A DNA stretch of 64,000 nt, taken from Octopus sinensis. Its lineage: Eukaryota. Position numbers and translations under genes: made by a program. Below the pieces are notes generated by a model. That model worked only from the letters and a program-made list of their open reading frames with translations. It was not told the origin of the DNA and made no database searches. The stretch covers positions 180,296,001 through 180,360,000 of the forward strand of contig NC_042998.1 in NCBI RefSeq assembly GCF_006345805.1, given 5' to 3'. Below are positions 39,330 through 53,966 of this stretch, in pieces (within the stretch, counting starts at the first letter, position 1; every line of letters starts with the position of its first letter).

Positions 39330-39789
39330 CTTTACTTTACTTGTCTCAGTCATTTAACTGCGGCCATGCTGGAGCACCATCTTTAGTGGAATAAATCGAC
39401 CCCAGGACATTTCTTGGTAAGCCTAGTACATATTTTATCGGTCTCTTTTTCCCGAACCTCTAGCTTACGGGCTGTAAACACAGACGCACAAATACATACG
39501 TATATATATATACGTATTTTCCACCCCCTCTCCTCATCAACCTTCTTCTTCTTCTACCCTACCAAGAATTCACAACGACCTCGAACAAGGGAGACAAGGG
39601 AGACAGAGAAAGGCAGAATGCCACTTATATTTGAACACTATACAAATATTCCTTTAAAAAAACTTTTCTTCTAATTTTTCTAAATTTATTATTTAATCGT
39701 TACAGTTGAAAAGGTCTCAAAATGACCGAAACCGGTACTGAAATGTTCTTATATAAAATTATTTTAGCATTTTCTATTTTGACTTGTTT

Positions 39790-39830
<41 letters not shown>

Positions 39831-39997
39831 ACTGGACTTTTTCAAATTCCGTCTATCAAATCCACTCACAAGGCTTTGGTCGGCCCGAGGCTGTAGTAGA
39901 TGACATTTGCCCAAGATGCCACGCAGTTGGACTGAACCTGAAACCATGTGGTTGAGAAGCAAGCTTCTTACCACACAGCCACTCCTGCACCTATATG
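39330..39997 (-). mobile_element. SINE family C split into 3' (39330-39500) and 5' (39828-39997) parts by a PLE-type insertion
   Basis: Both halves are recognisable, and the intervening sequence carries a hammerhead-like motif. Confidence 0.7.
39700..39743 (+). ncRNA. Degenerate minimal hammerhead motif
   Basis: ttacag-TTGAAAA-GGTC tcaaaat GACC-GAAA-CCGG-TA-ctgaaa; two transitions in the CUGANGA box. Confidence 0.5.
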
Positions 39998-40339
39998 TTT
40001 CCACATACATATTATATGCATATACGAATAAATTATGTCATGACAATTATATTACGGATATGATCATGAAACGGTGGCAAACTAATGGAATACACATCTC
40101 TTCTCTCACTTCATTTCTCTTATTTCATCAATTCATATCCACTCTATCCACCTTCGTAATTCTTGAGTTTTGAAATATTAGAGTTATATTGTAGCATTAA
40201 CAACGATACATCTTGACAACTCTACACTTGGCGCAGGGCTTAATGTGGGCACGTGCGCACAACACTCAAACACTCGAATTTGGGAATCTATTTTTTTTTC
40301 GAGAATTGTATTTTTGAATCATTTTTTAATCTTTTGTAC

Positions 40340-41510
40340 TAGTTTATTTTAGTTAATTTTTGTTTATTTCCAGATCATTAAACTGGAATGTCACGTTAAG
40401 AAAAACGCATTTTCGAAACCTCCTTCTTTTTGCTTTTTATCAAGGTTCTAAGGCCGCAAAAGCTGCTCGCGACACGTGCTGTGTATGGAGAGGGAGCCAT
40501 AGCTGAAAAAACCGCTCGTAATTGGTATACCAAGTTCAAAAATGGAAATTTTGACCTCAAAAATGCACCTCGTTCTGGCCGTCCATTTGAGTTCGATGAA
40601 GAGCGATTAAACTAACTTTTGCACGAAAATTCTCGTCAAACGACAAGGGAACTGGTAGAGAAATTGGAATGCTCCAACACTGTTATAGAGAAGCATCTTC
40701 ACTCGATGGGAAAGGTTCAGAAGTATGGAGCATGAGTTCCGCATGCTTTAAGTGACAACAACAAAAATCAACGGGCCACAATCTCCGCTGGTTTTCTTAT
40801 TTGTCACCGCTCAACTCATGGACACAAGCAACGATTTCTTTACCGAATCGTTACTGGCGACGAAAATATTGTGCCTGTACATCAATATGAAGCAGTGTAA
40901 GGAATGGCTTAGCCTCGGTAAACAAGCGACACCCTGCGTGAAACAAGATCTTCATCCGCGAAAAACGATGTTGAGTGTATGGTGGGATTGGCAAGGGATT
41001 ATTCATTACGAATTGCTTGAACGGAACCAAACGGTCAATGCGGAACTCTATGTCCAACAGATGGAAACGACTCAACACTGCTATTCAAGAAAAAATGCCT
41101 AATCGGCAGCATGGAGTTCTTCTGCTGCACGACAACGCCTGCCCTCATATCGCCCATATGACCAAGGAAGCCATTCAAACGCATGGCTGAGAAGTGCTGC
41201 TACACTCGCCGTACTCTCCTGATTTGGCACCAACGCATTTCTACCTCTTTTGATCTATTTCAAATGATATGCGCGGTGTTTCGTTCAATACTGATGCAGA
41301 ATTGAGAGCTTGGTTGGAACAATTTTTCGAGTCGAAATCACGTGATTTCTACCAACGTGGTATTGAAAATCTTGTTGAACGTTTGGAAGAAGGTGTAAAC
41401 AACAAGGGTAAATTCATTATTGATTAATGAATTGTTATTTTTTATGAAACCTTTAAAAACAATTAAATTTGAAAAAGAAACGGCGGGAACTTAGTTGCCA
41501 ACGGAATATA
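40340..41510 (+). mobile_element. Degenerate mariner (DD34D) transposon
   Basis: VYGEGAIAEKTARNWYTKFKNGNFDLKNAPRSGRP, IVTGDE, LLHDNACPH and YSPDLAPT motifs; 3' TIR-like aacttagttgccaac. Confidence 0.92.
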
Positions 41511-41519
41511 TAAGTGCAT

Positions 41520-41658
41520 GAGTGTTTGGTTGCTTGGTCCTGGGTTCAGTCACACTGCCTGACAACTTGGGGAAGTGTCTTTTTCTATAGCCTCGGGCCT
41601 CCCAAAGCCTTGTGAGTGGACCTTGTAGACGGAAACTGGAAACAGCCCGTCGTATATA

Positions 41659-41736
<78 letters not shown>

Positions 41737-42020
41737 TGTGTGTGCTTGTCTGTGTGTGTGTATATAAATGTGTGTGTGTGTGTGTATGCATTTATGAGTC
41801 TGTGTGTCTTTGTTTGCCTCCACCATCGCTTGACAACTGATGTTGGTGCGTTTACGCGCCTCTAACTTACCAGTTCGCCAAAAGGAGCCGATTGAATAAG
41901 TACTCGGCTAAAAAATATAAGCACTGGGGTCAATTTCTTCGGTTGAAAAAAAAAACCTTAAAGGTGCTGCTCCAGCATGGCCAGCAGTCAAATGACTGGA
42001 ACAAATGAAAGAATGAAAGA
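41520..42020 (+). mobile_element. SINE family C with an internal microsatellite
   Basis: CORE-like box, (AT)n(GT)n tract and tail. Confidence 0.82.
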
Positions 42021-42176
42021 ATATATATATATATAGATATGTATGCATATGCATAATGCTCACATATGCACAAACAGGCACACATACATACAAACACAGA
42101 CAAACAAAACAAACAATAATTTATTTCATATTTCATACAATGTTGTGAAATACATGTCATAACATATGGAGATATG

Positions 42177-42746
42177 AAGGTGGGAAGCCGGTAGAAACGT
42201 TAGCACGCCGGGCGAAATGCTTAGCGGTATTTCGTCGGCCGTTACGTTCTGAGTTCAAATTCCGCAGAGGTCGACTTCGCCTTTCATCCCTTGGGGGTCG
42301 ATAAATTAAATACCAGTTACGCACTAGGGTCGATGTAATCGGCTTAATCTGTTTGTCTGTCCTTGTTTGTCCTCTCTGTATTTAGCCCCTTGTGTGTAGT
42401 AAAGAAATAGGTATTTCGTCTGTCGCTACGTTCTGAGTTCAAATTCCACCGAGGTCGACTTTGCCTTTCATCCTTTCGGGGTCGATAAATTAAGTACCAG
42501 TTGCCTATTAGAGTCGATCTAATCGACTCGCCCCCTCCCCACAAAACGTCGAGCCTTGTGCCTAGAGTAGAAAAAAATATTTTTGAGTTCAACTTCGCCG
42601 GTATTTCGTCCAGTTCAAATTCCACCGAGGTCGACTTTGCCTTTCATCCTTCAGGGTCGATTAAATAAGTACCAGTTACGCACTGGGGTCGATCTAATCG
42701 ACTGGTCCCTCCCCCAAAATTTCGGGCCTTGTGCCTAGAGTAGAAT
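42177..42746 (+). mobile_element. SINE family A tandem multimer (three cores)
   Basis: One head and three core units. Confidence 0.88.
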
Positions 42747-43329
42747 TGAATATATGAAGGTATGTAATAATGATAATAATCCTATAGTCCTTTCTCTTCC
42801 TCAGGTGTCATTATTTGAATGCATTTGGTCGATCGTACATTTGTATCATGACATCTGAGGAAATAAATGCACCATAGGTTTATCATTATATATTTCCACA
42901 TATTATGGCATGTATTGAATAATATTTTATTAGTTGCATAACATTGTATGAGATATGGAATAAAGTTACGGAAACAGTTGTAATGTCAATTTGACATCCA
43001 TTCGCAATTTAATTTTTACTTTTATTTACTCTGCGTGGCTAACGTTAAGCTTCCCTTGGAGTCGTGTATTTCTCCCAATAATATCAATCGAATCTTACGG
43101 ATTTCCTTCGGATTTTGGAATACTACGCTAGCCAAGATCCTACATGATGCGCTAATGCAGTGATAGCCAGAATTATAATTACATGATTATAATATACATG
43201 TGTGTATATGTATATATACATACATATAAATGGAACAACATATATGCTCAGTGACTGCTTATTGATTAGAGACACAAACAATTAATAAAAAATCGCCCAA
43301 CAACGTTCCTTAATGTCACGAAACCATTG

Positions 43330-43745
43330 AAGTCGGCGAGCTGGCAGAAACTTTAGCACGCCGGGCGAAATGCTTAGCGGTATTTTGTGTGCGTTACGTT
43401 GTGAGTTCAAATTCCGCCGAGGTCGACTTTGCCTTTCATCCTTTCGAGGTCGATAAATTAAGTACCAGTTACGCACTGGGGTCGATGTAATCGACTTAAT
43501 ATCTATGTCTGTCCTTGTTTGTCCCCTCTGTGTTTAGCCCCATGTGGGTAATAAAGAAATAGGTATTTTGTGTGCCGTTACGTTCTGAGTTCAAATTCCG
43601 CCGAGGTCGACTTTGCCTTTCATCCTTTCGGAGTCGATAAATTAAGTACCAGTTACGCACTGGGGTCAATATTATCGACTTAATATCTATGTCTGTCCTT
43701 GTTTGTCCCCTCTCTGCGTATCCTCTTGTGAGGAGTAAAGAAATA
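43330..43745 (+). mobile_element. SINE family A dimer
   Basis: One head and two core-plus-tail units. Confidence 0.9.
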
Positions 43746-44442
43746 AGAAACTATTAGTGGTTCTTCCTTTAATGCAGTGTCCATTAAGTGATATTTATCT
43801 CTCGGTAAATATACGGTTTTAAATGTAACGGTAAACTATATATATATATTTCATTCATATATGCGTTTGCATGCATGCTCGTGTGTGTGTGTGTGTGTGT
43901 GTGTTGTGTGTGTGTGTGTGTGTGTGTGTGCGTGCGTCATATGTACAAATGTAGTAGTGGAAGGAAGAAATCTTATATTCATGAAAATGAGTAATGAGGT
44001 CATTTACAGTGCCAATAGACCGTCTAAAATTCAATAGCGAGGCTAAACAAACAAACACACTGCTTCGCATGCAGCCACGCGATTATTGTCGATAAGGAAG
44101 CCGCAATTGAGAAATTGATTCATCAGTTAGTATCTTGTACAGAGAGAACAAAAGCGAGCATCTTTATAACACAACAGGTGTAAATGAAACCCATACCGAT
44201 TCGAGGTTAACTCTATAAGGGAAACACGCCAGAGCATCCGGTAGGTCTAAATATGTCACGCAGGTGAGGCATGAAACGCACTGAGAGATAGTAAACGAAA
44301 TCATCATTCAGTTTCATATTGCACCGCAATCAACAACATACCGTCTTACACAGGAGTGCTAAGGTGAAAAAAAAAAGAGTTTTATATGTTAAAGCAATCT
44401 ATATATAGTGTTTCATCTTTTTGTTAAATGATTGACGTTTCT

Positions 44443-44570
<128 letters not shown>

Positions 44571-45851
44571 CCCAGCCTCCTCCTCTTGAATTTTATTGTT
44601 ATATCTTATTGTCTTCCGCGGCTTTTTTTTCGTAACTTGTTCTGAAACACCGTTCCTTGACTAAAGACGGTGGCAGTTCAAGCCAGATGCACACAATAAC
44701 TCACAGGAACAAACACGCATACCGTCAGTCCGTTGTAGCGACAAAGAAAGAAGAGTGTAAATATTATAAATATAAACTGCACACTTATAGACAAGGGCAG
44801 TCTATACTAGAACATTTTCTAAATGTGCCGACTCTGGAGTTCAGAAAATATAAATTAATTACACGCTTGCTTAATAAGAAAAATGGGATGATGTTATTAT
44901 GCAGACACCAGAATAAATTCAGTTTTAAAAGCTAGTCCATACTGAACATAAGAGAAATAACTGCTTGTGCAACAGCAACAGAAATACAGATGAAGTTAAA
45001 ACAATTCCCCACTCCACCAAGAAGATAAATAATCTATAAGAATAAATCAACAGAAAATAATGAATGCCAATTTACAGACGCCAGATAGGATATTTAATGC
45101 TTTATCTAATAAAATAAAAATTTACTTAGCAATTTCAAAAAAGAAATAACGATAACAATGATACTTTTAACATATATATAAATTACAAATAGATACAGAA
45201 AAGTCATTTAATCTTCGGTCAGGATTGATTATATGTGCGTCAATGCATTCTCAGGCTCGACAAGGATTTGTCGGAGGTTTGGATGTCACTCATATACGAA
45301 AGATTCCACTATCCACATCACTGATGTTTACCAACAAAGGGGTCGTCGGTATGAGAGAAATACAGCTTTGTGCAAGTGAGGTCACGAGCATTATTGTGAG
45401 AACGTAAAGAGTCAGTGGAAATACTGCAAAGTGTGCCAGCGGATACTATAATAATTTCACCAATCAACTGCCCTTGAATTTTACTTTTTTTCGGCCTCCC
45501 AGAAAATGCAAGCTAATTAAGCTTGGGTGAGATCTGAACTCAAAATGCAGTAACGCAAAGCGAAAATTGTACAGTACTCTATACAACGCTCTAATATATC
45601 TATCAATTTGACGCTTAATGAATAGTGTAGAAGCAAATAGACAATAACAAGAAGGAAACAATACAGGAAAATCTTGATGAGATTGCACAATAGACAGAGA
45701 CAGAAGGCTTATTGAATTGTTCAATAAGAAATGGTACACAGAAAAAATTACTAGAGAATAACCTGAAAAACGGTAATCAAATATAAGTTAATCATTCTGA
45801 TAAAGACAGCCAAAATCAAATCCGATATGAGAAAAAATACAGCAGATCATA

Positions 45852-46022
45852 TACATGCATACATACATGCATACATACATACATACATACATACATACAT
45901 ACATACATACATACATACATACATAATACATACATACATACATACATGCATACATACATACATACATACATACATACATACATACATACATACATACATA
46001 CATGCATACATACATACATACA

Positions 46023-46050
<28 letters not shown>
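45852..46050. repeat. (CATA)n microsatellite
   Basis: Direct inspection. Confidence 0.96.
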
Positions 46051-46058
<8 letters not shown>

Positions 46059-46125
46059 TATACACAGACACAAACACACAGAGGCACACACATACACATT
46101 CAGACACACACATGTATATATATAC

Positions 46126-46175
<50 letters not shown>

Positions 46176-47082
46176 ATATATATATATATCTTGAGAGATC
46201 GCAGATACAAGATCACTATCTATGAAGTAGACAAAACTTCGAAAAAAAAAGAAAGAAATAGAACGATTGTTGAATTAGCCAAAGAGAAATAGAAAATGCA
46301 CAGTTTCAGAAAATCGGATGACAAAATCTGAAAAAAAAAACATGAGACAAATAACAGGGAAACTAACTAATGAAAATCTGAACAACCATATATATTCTTA
46401 GTGAATCACATAAAGAACAACTTTCTATAAAATATATAGAACGACAAATGAAACAGAAAAAGCATATGATGTCACAATCAACAAGTGGACAACGGAAAGT
46501 AGAACAAGCACCAGATATGTATGAAGTATATTTAGCAAACCAAGATTTGAAATTTCAATTAATGAAATGCAGATAAGCTATTTTAGTAAAATTGGATATG
46601 AATAATTAAAAAAAAAATAAGCAATGTTTGAACAATGAACGATTTATACCTTAGCAACACCAGAAATAACAAAGAAAATGAGCAAAGAAAAATATGTTAA
46701 ATGAAATTACAACATTCACATACAACCGAAATAAGAATTTAGCCAATGAAAATGATACTTTTGGAAAACGGAAGGACTTTCCTCTAATTTATATGTAGGC
46801 AGATCAAATGCCAAAAGAAAGCAATACCTTCTTGAAGATCGCAAGCATACAAATCCAGTTACTGGAAAATGAACGGAGTTTAAATAAATATTATTTTCTA
46901 CACGATGAAATGAGCATTGTCTTCCTGCTTCGTTGAGAAATTGTGATATTTTAATATGCACACGTACATAGATACATACCTGTATATGTAAAATCGGTGT
47001 TGAACGAGTTTTTGTCCTTTTGCTCGACGTATGGTTTCTGTCCACGCTGAGCTCACCTTGGGACATCTATTTTAACGTTAAT

Positions 47083-47155
<73 letters not shown>

Positions 47156-47159
47156 TAGT

Positions 47160-49155
47160 AACTTGTCTCCCTACAATTTACAATGCCTTTACTGCAATAA
47201 TATCGCAGAGAATGAGTAAACATCTGGAAGAAAACAATCTGTTTCCAGAAGAGAAGGGCTGCTGCAAGGGCTCATACGGCTGTAAAGATCAGCCACTGAT
47301 CAATAAAGCCATAACTGAAGACAACCGCAGAAAGAAAAAGAGTCCAAGTATGGCTTGGATCGGTTACCGAAAGGCTTTTGAAAGCATTCCCCACACATGG
47401 ATCCTTGAAAGTCTAATCATGAACAAGGTAGCACCAACAGTCACAAAGTATATAAAGCATTCCAGGAATAAATGGCAGACTGTGCTACAGCTCCAGACAA
47501 AAGAGGGGCTCATAAAACCAAAGCCATTCCCGTCAGAAGAGGAATATTCTAAGGAGATATGCTTTCTCCACTCCTTTTATACTTGGCACTGACACCTTTA
47601 TCTGACATGCTAAACAGAACTGGATGTGAATACAACTGTTACAGCAAAACAATCAGCCACCCCTTATATATAGATGATCTAAAACTGCACACTACATGAA
47701 GTTACCAAAGAAATAAACATGAAATTTGGCTTAGAAAAATGTGCCAAAGCAACCTTGAAAAGGGGAAAACTTGTCAAGAGAATTAGACCAACGCCAGGCA
47801 TACAAATACTTAGGAATCAATGAACTAAATACGATACAATACACAAAAATGAAGCTCAAAAAGGAATACTATTGACGAGTTATATTAATACTGAAAACAG
47901 AGCTCAATGCGTAAAACAAGATAATAGGTAGCAACACTCTAGCCGTCTCAGTTATAAATTACACCTACAATATTCTTAACTATACCGTAAATGGACTAAT
48001 CAAAATAGGCAGGAAAACCAGAAAAATAATGACACGATTTAGGATGCACCACCCAAAATATGACATAGAAAGGTTATATATATAACGTATATACAGCCAG
48101 AAAACTATTACAAAATAATCACCATAGGATTACAGAAATACCTACTTCAAAAGCAAGTGAAACTAAAACAAACAGCCACAAAACATGGACAAAACAAAAA
48201 ACTGTTTTCAATCTTTAAGGAAGCTGACAAATACTACCTAACAACTACGAAGAAAAAGAAGAAACAACAAAAGTTGTAAAACAACTGAAATCCAAGCTAT
48301 AACTGAAACAGCAACGGATCGTGATAAAACGATGGTAAGAAAAGCTCCTTCATAGCAAATATTGGATTAAACTAAACAAAAAAGAAATAGACGAAGCGAT
48401 ATCCCAACAATGGGTGAGAAGCTTAGGATTCAAAGCAGGAATTACCAAAAATAGGTAATGAAAAGAAATACAAATAACTGCAGAATATGTGGAGATGGAC
48501 AAGAAACAATTATATTGTATCTGGCTGCCCAGTCCTGGCTAAGAAGGAATATATTTACAGACACGACAGAATTGGGGCCTATATACACTGGAAGCTATCC
48601 TAACACTATGGAATAACAACAACAAAAAAAGATGATATAGGCACACGTCAGAAAAGGTCACTCAAAATGAGAAAGCAACCATACTCTGGGATATGCCAAT
48701 ACACACAAATAAAAAAAAATAAGGCCAATAGGCTGGGTATCGTTGTAAGAGATAACCAAAAACAAAAACAAATGCTTTCTGATCGATGTATCAACACCAA
48801 TGGATGACAACATTTCTCTATAAGAAACGCAGACAATTTTAAAATACTAAGATCTGGTAATAGAGGTAACTCGAATGTAGAGTCTAAAAGCAGAAACAAT
48901 TCCTATCATAGTAGGCACATTAGGTATGATAGAAAAATATTCAGTTAAATACATAACAAAAACACCAGGATTAACGAGTATATATAACATACAGAAAATA
49001 GCACTAATATGCAGCGCACACATCCTACGTAAAACACTTTCAGTACAGTAAAAATAAGAGCATCACAACAAAACACAGCACGTACCCAATGCACATAAAG
49101 CTGCGCTCGATAGTGCAGTGAAAGCACATGATAATACAAAGACTACTGAATAAAA
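47160..49155 (+). mobile_element. 5'-truncated R4/Dong-clade non-LTR retrotransposon (RT, zinc knuckle, RLE), degenerate
   Basis: TCLPTIY, GCKDQPLINKAI, YIDDLKL, CRICG and LIDVSTP motifs. Starts after (AGT)n and ends in (AAT)n. Confidence 0.92.
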
Positions 49156-49188
49156 ACAACAACAACAATAATAATAATAATAATAATA

Positions 49189-49238
<50 letters not shown>

Positions 49239-49269
49239 TAACAGTGATGATGATGATGATGATGATATT

Positions 49270-49333
49270 CAATATGTGAACAGATGGATAGAGGAGATAG
49301 GCATAAAACCCAGTTTAGTGCAACTCCAGAAGA

Positions 49334-49392
<59 letters not shown>

Positions 49393-49500
49393 GGAGCAGC
49401 TAGAATACTTAAAAAGGTTCTTGACATATAAGGTTATTTGTTGTAGTCCTATGTTAGGATTTTTGTTTTCCAACACTCTAATCTGTTGTACGTATATGAA
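49270..49500 (+). mobile_element. Short R4/Dong-like 3' end interrupted by (ATT)n
   Basis: GIKPSLVQLQKT..LGAARILKKVLDI*, the typical ORF end of this clade. Confidence 0.6.
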
Positions 49501-50277
49501 ATGATGATGATGATGATGATGATGACGATGATTTTAAATTTGTGAGAGCCAAATGATCGAGCTAGAAACAATGTGTCAGCTTCGGGCACATCCAAGGCCT
49601 GTATAGTACTAGCTGTAGAAGAATAATCGATAATCAATCAATAAAGTTTATTATTCTATGTATCCAATATACATGGTCCGCTATCGAAATTAGGCAGAAC
49701 TTCCGTTAAGATAACAAGTACACAACTCCAGTATATAGCATCGAATGATGCTTGTTATGCGATGAATAAGTATGTAAATAAAACAAATGATACATTTAGT
49801 TATGTACTCCACGTTTTACAAGATAAGCGCCTATTGCAAATAATGTAACTGTAGGGTTTTATATAATTATTCAGTATTCTTTCCGATCAGGTACTTTTCA
49901 TATATTTGATCTGAAAATAATAATAATAATGGATTCGCCAAGATGGACCAGAGAAAAATTTATACGTTTCAGCATTGGAAAGCAGAGTGGAAATAGGTAT
50001 TGATCAAATAGGTATTGATCAAACAGCACACTGTGTGCCACTGCTGCAATTAACTTCAACGTGGACAAAGAATTCCTGACAGGTGGAAAGTACCGGAAGA
50101 GAGAGAGAGAGCACTGGAAAATTACGTAAACTCTTAATGTACGTAATACGCATTTACTGCTCCTTTTGAAGTACGCAGAGTGCATAACAATCTACTCTAT
50201 TCCTTTCCTTCACAGACGCTATCTTTTATCTCTTACTTACTTGCGGCCTTGCTGGTGCACTGCTTAAAAATTTTACT

Positions 50278-50432
50278 CATAGGCACAGGCGTGGCTGTGT
50301 GGGAAGAGGCGTGCTTCATAACCACATGTTCGGGTTCAGTCTCTTTGAGTAGCACCTTGGGCGAGTGTCTTCTACTATAGACTTGGGGCGACCAACGCCT
50401 TGCGAGTGGATTTGGTAGAAACAAGCTGAAAG
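50278..50432 (+). mobile_element. SINE family C 5' part
   Basis: Head and CORE-like box. Confidence 0.8.
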
Positions 50433-50830
50433 AATGACTGCTCTTCGACGAATGGAGATCGATAAATAAGTACCAGATTGAAGTAAGTACTAGTATACAT
50501 GGTCATTATTCAATGTATGAAAGCAATAATAAACTGCAAGAATACAAGTGTGTGTGTGTGTTTATATATATATTATATACATATATATGCGTGTGTGTGC
50601 GTGTGTGTGTACATACATATATACAAATAGACAGAGAGGGAAAGAGAGAGGGTGAGTAACTTTTATTTAACCCGAGGAAAAGAAAAAATGCATAGGTGTT
50701 TTCAATTCCTGCTGCAAAGGCATTAGCGATGTAAGTGAATTGAATGGCCTTAAGGTACTATCTTGAGATATGCTTCTTTACAAACCACCAGAAACATGTT
50801 TACTTCCAAAATGTAATATACATACATACA

Positions 50831-50862
<32 letters not shown>

Positions 50863-53219
50863 CATATATATATATACACGCGCACTTGCACATGCACACA
50901 CAAACATACATACATGCATATATACACGCATATGCATATTCAAAGCTCTAGTTATATATACATTCACATATACATGAACGCACAAAATGCATGCATTAGC
51001 ACTAATAGCTCAGATTTTCCAATATCAACTATTAATCGGCATAGCAATGTATATTTACGAGTAAACAGTAAGAAGTAAAAAATAAAAACAAAAAGAAAAA
51101 TCGTTGTAATGTTATTCACTTTACATTCTATCTGACTGGGACATTTTTGGACATCGATATTTACATAGTGAAAATGAAAGTGAAAGTATAAATCGTTCCC
51201 CCGCTTGGCGTACATTTAACTGATCCTAGTTGCATCTCAAGCCTAACACGCCACCGCTCTAGGGAAACTGAACGTTGAATACCTTAAGTGGAGTTCACTC
51301 TGTTGCAAGTGTGCGTGTCTTAACTTCGCCTCTTCCTGTTCCCACGTTGCCCAAATTTTTAATGCATAGATTAACCTGTAGATGTTGAGGATCGATATTG
51401 GTTGCATCAGTCTCACAATTCTAGAAGAGTCTCAAACGGTCATGGTTCCTGCTCCCTTTCTCCTAAGCATTAATAAAAAAAAGATTGATACATTTAGCTT
51501 CAGTCGCCGTACTTTTGCGTAAAGTGAACAACGCAAACACACACACAGACCTACAAAATATATAAACACAATTAAGTGCAAGCATACATACACACAGGCA
51601 CAAACATATTTGCGTGTGTCTATATATATGGCGGGGGGTATTTATAACTTTCTTTCTCTCTCTCTCTCTCTATATATATATATACACACACACATACATA
51701 CAAACATGTGTTTATTTGTGTGTGTCTGTATGTGCGTGTATGTGTGTGCAACAAAACAAATATAGACAGATGTTGAATCTATGAATAAATGGCGGGAAGA
51801 AGGGATAGAAAGCAGGTGGATGGCATGGCGAGGCTCTCAGTTTCCGCTTTAGACAGACAGAAAACAAAACAGATTAAGGGAATTAATGTGGCGTACCGAT
51901 TCCTCGTATACGAAAAGAGGATAAACTTTAGAGATAAAAATGGAAGTTCCATTGATGTTATGTTGCACGAAACAGCGTGTGGAGATTAATAAGACCAGAT
52001 CAAAAGGTTGTTATAGAGGTAAGCTGTTCAGCTAGTTAGAGGTCGTTGTGATTTCGAAATCTGTTGGACTGTTCGGAGTAATATAATTAATCCAACTGCT
52101 AATTTTGGACTATTGTACGTACATGCATACATTGCTCTGTCTTAATCACATAATTTTTGTTTCATAGAAGTGTTGGACATCATGCGTTGGGGAGAATTAA
52201 AATAGAGTTAAGCATCGAAATTTGCTGTGAAGAAAACTATTTCATACTTGCTTATAATATATTATTGTAAATAATACATAACTTCCTTAACTGATGATTG
52301 GGTATTTAACACACATGAAACTTTGTGACACTAGTATATGGAGAAATCATGTATACATGTATATATGTATATATGCAGCTGCCGTTCGAATATGTGTGTA
52401 TATATACTGTGTATGTATGTGCGTATGTATGAATATATATTTAAATACATACACATGTAGGTACATGTGTATATATATAGATACGTGTAGATATATATAT
52501 ATATATATATATATACATACATATAGATATGTATTTATATATATATATATATATATATACAAATATACGTATGTATGTGTATAAATCTGTTATCAACATA
52601 CATTTGTACATATATATAATATATATGTATGTATGTGTAGATATAAATATACATATATAAAAATATATATATGTATATATATATAAACATTAATACATAT
52701 ATACGCATGTGCATATATACATAAGCACATATTGTATGTATATGTACACATACACGCACATTTTATATTGGTACACAAATATAATGCGTATACCTATAAT
52801 TAGATGCATACAGTAGCAGAAATTAGCACATTCCTACGTTAGGTACTAATTGTTATTCTCATTATTATCTGTTAAATATCGTAGATATCTTATTACGGTT
52901 ACATTCTTATACGAATCATTAAATCTGTAGTAAGATTGGTGAGATAAATAGATCTGGCAGCGTTTACATTTACAAAGTTCCCCGAAAATATTACACCTCT
53001 TTAAAATCCGCGTTAAATTATTGCTATTGCGTTCTTAACTGCATTTAAATCGCTCCAACACATGTTAAGTTACCTATCAAGCATTTGCACACTATCAGTG
53101 CACGCTCTTGTGAACCAGAATCCTGGAATATACGTGTTATGAAAAATAAAAGTTTGCCGAATTAAAACAACTTCCCTATATATATATATATATATATAAT
53201 ATATATATATATATTATCA

Positions 53220-53546
53220 ATAATTAAGGGTAAAATCAATTAGTTATTAATTAATTTCACCAAGTAGTGTTCAGTATGTAAAAGGACCATTCAAGGCATA
53301 TTCAAAATATTACTTTATATAATTAAGGGCTCAGTAAAATAATTTACTTTGCCACATACTGAAATTTTTAGAAATAGCAGCCAAAAAGTTTCTTTAGCCA
53401 TTTCTACTACTTTAAGAAGAATCTCCCTGATAGTGCTTACTCAAAAATGGCTAAAGAAACTTTTGGCTGCTATTTCTAAAAATTTCAGTATGTGGCAAAG
53501 TAAATTATTTTACTGAGCCCTTAATTATATAAAGTAATATTTTGAA
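53220..53546. mobile_element. PLE-type terminal repeat with an inverted duplication
   Basis: Arms 53301-53403 and 53445-53546; homologous to 36604-36800. Confidence 0.65.
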
Positions 53547-53615
53547 TTTGTATATATTATATATATAATATTATATATATATAATATATATATATATTAT
53601 ATATATATATATGTA

Positions 53616-53774
53616 TACGAGGGGATGCAGAAAAATTTCTGGCCTTGGGTAAAAGAAAATACAAACTGCAGCGATCCTTCAAGTTTCCTAAGCCCTGTAA
53701 AGGAACCCGGAAGATTGAACCTCCAACGAGGCCTTTTGTGTTACCATTAAAGTCAGGAACTTTTCAGCACCCCT
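53616..53774. mobile_element. Mariner-derived MITE (about 160 bp)
   Basis: TA-cgaggggatgcagaaaaatttctggc and gtcaggaacttttcagcacccct TIRs. Confidence 0.65.
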
Positions 53775-53910
53775 TCACACAAACACACACACACACACAC
53801 ATACTCTTTCCTCTGTTGACCTGCTCGCTTAGCCAGCGGGGGGCGTCAATGCAAAGCTCATTGTCACCAGCGATGTGTAGCAACATCTGATAGCCTGGTC
53901 GGTCACGGTG

Positions 53911-53949
<39 letters not shown>

Positions 53950-53966
53950 TATATAATATATATATG

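Noticed and set aside
45258-45450. Cys/His pattern (ALCK*GHEHYCE...YCKVC) resembling a piggyBac C-terminal domain
   Set aside because: Spacing does not fit well, there is an in-frame stop, and no TTAA/TIR or upstream transposase was seen.
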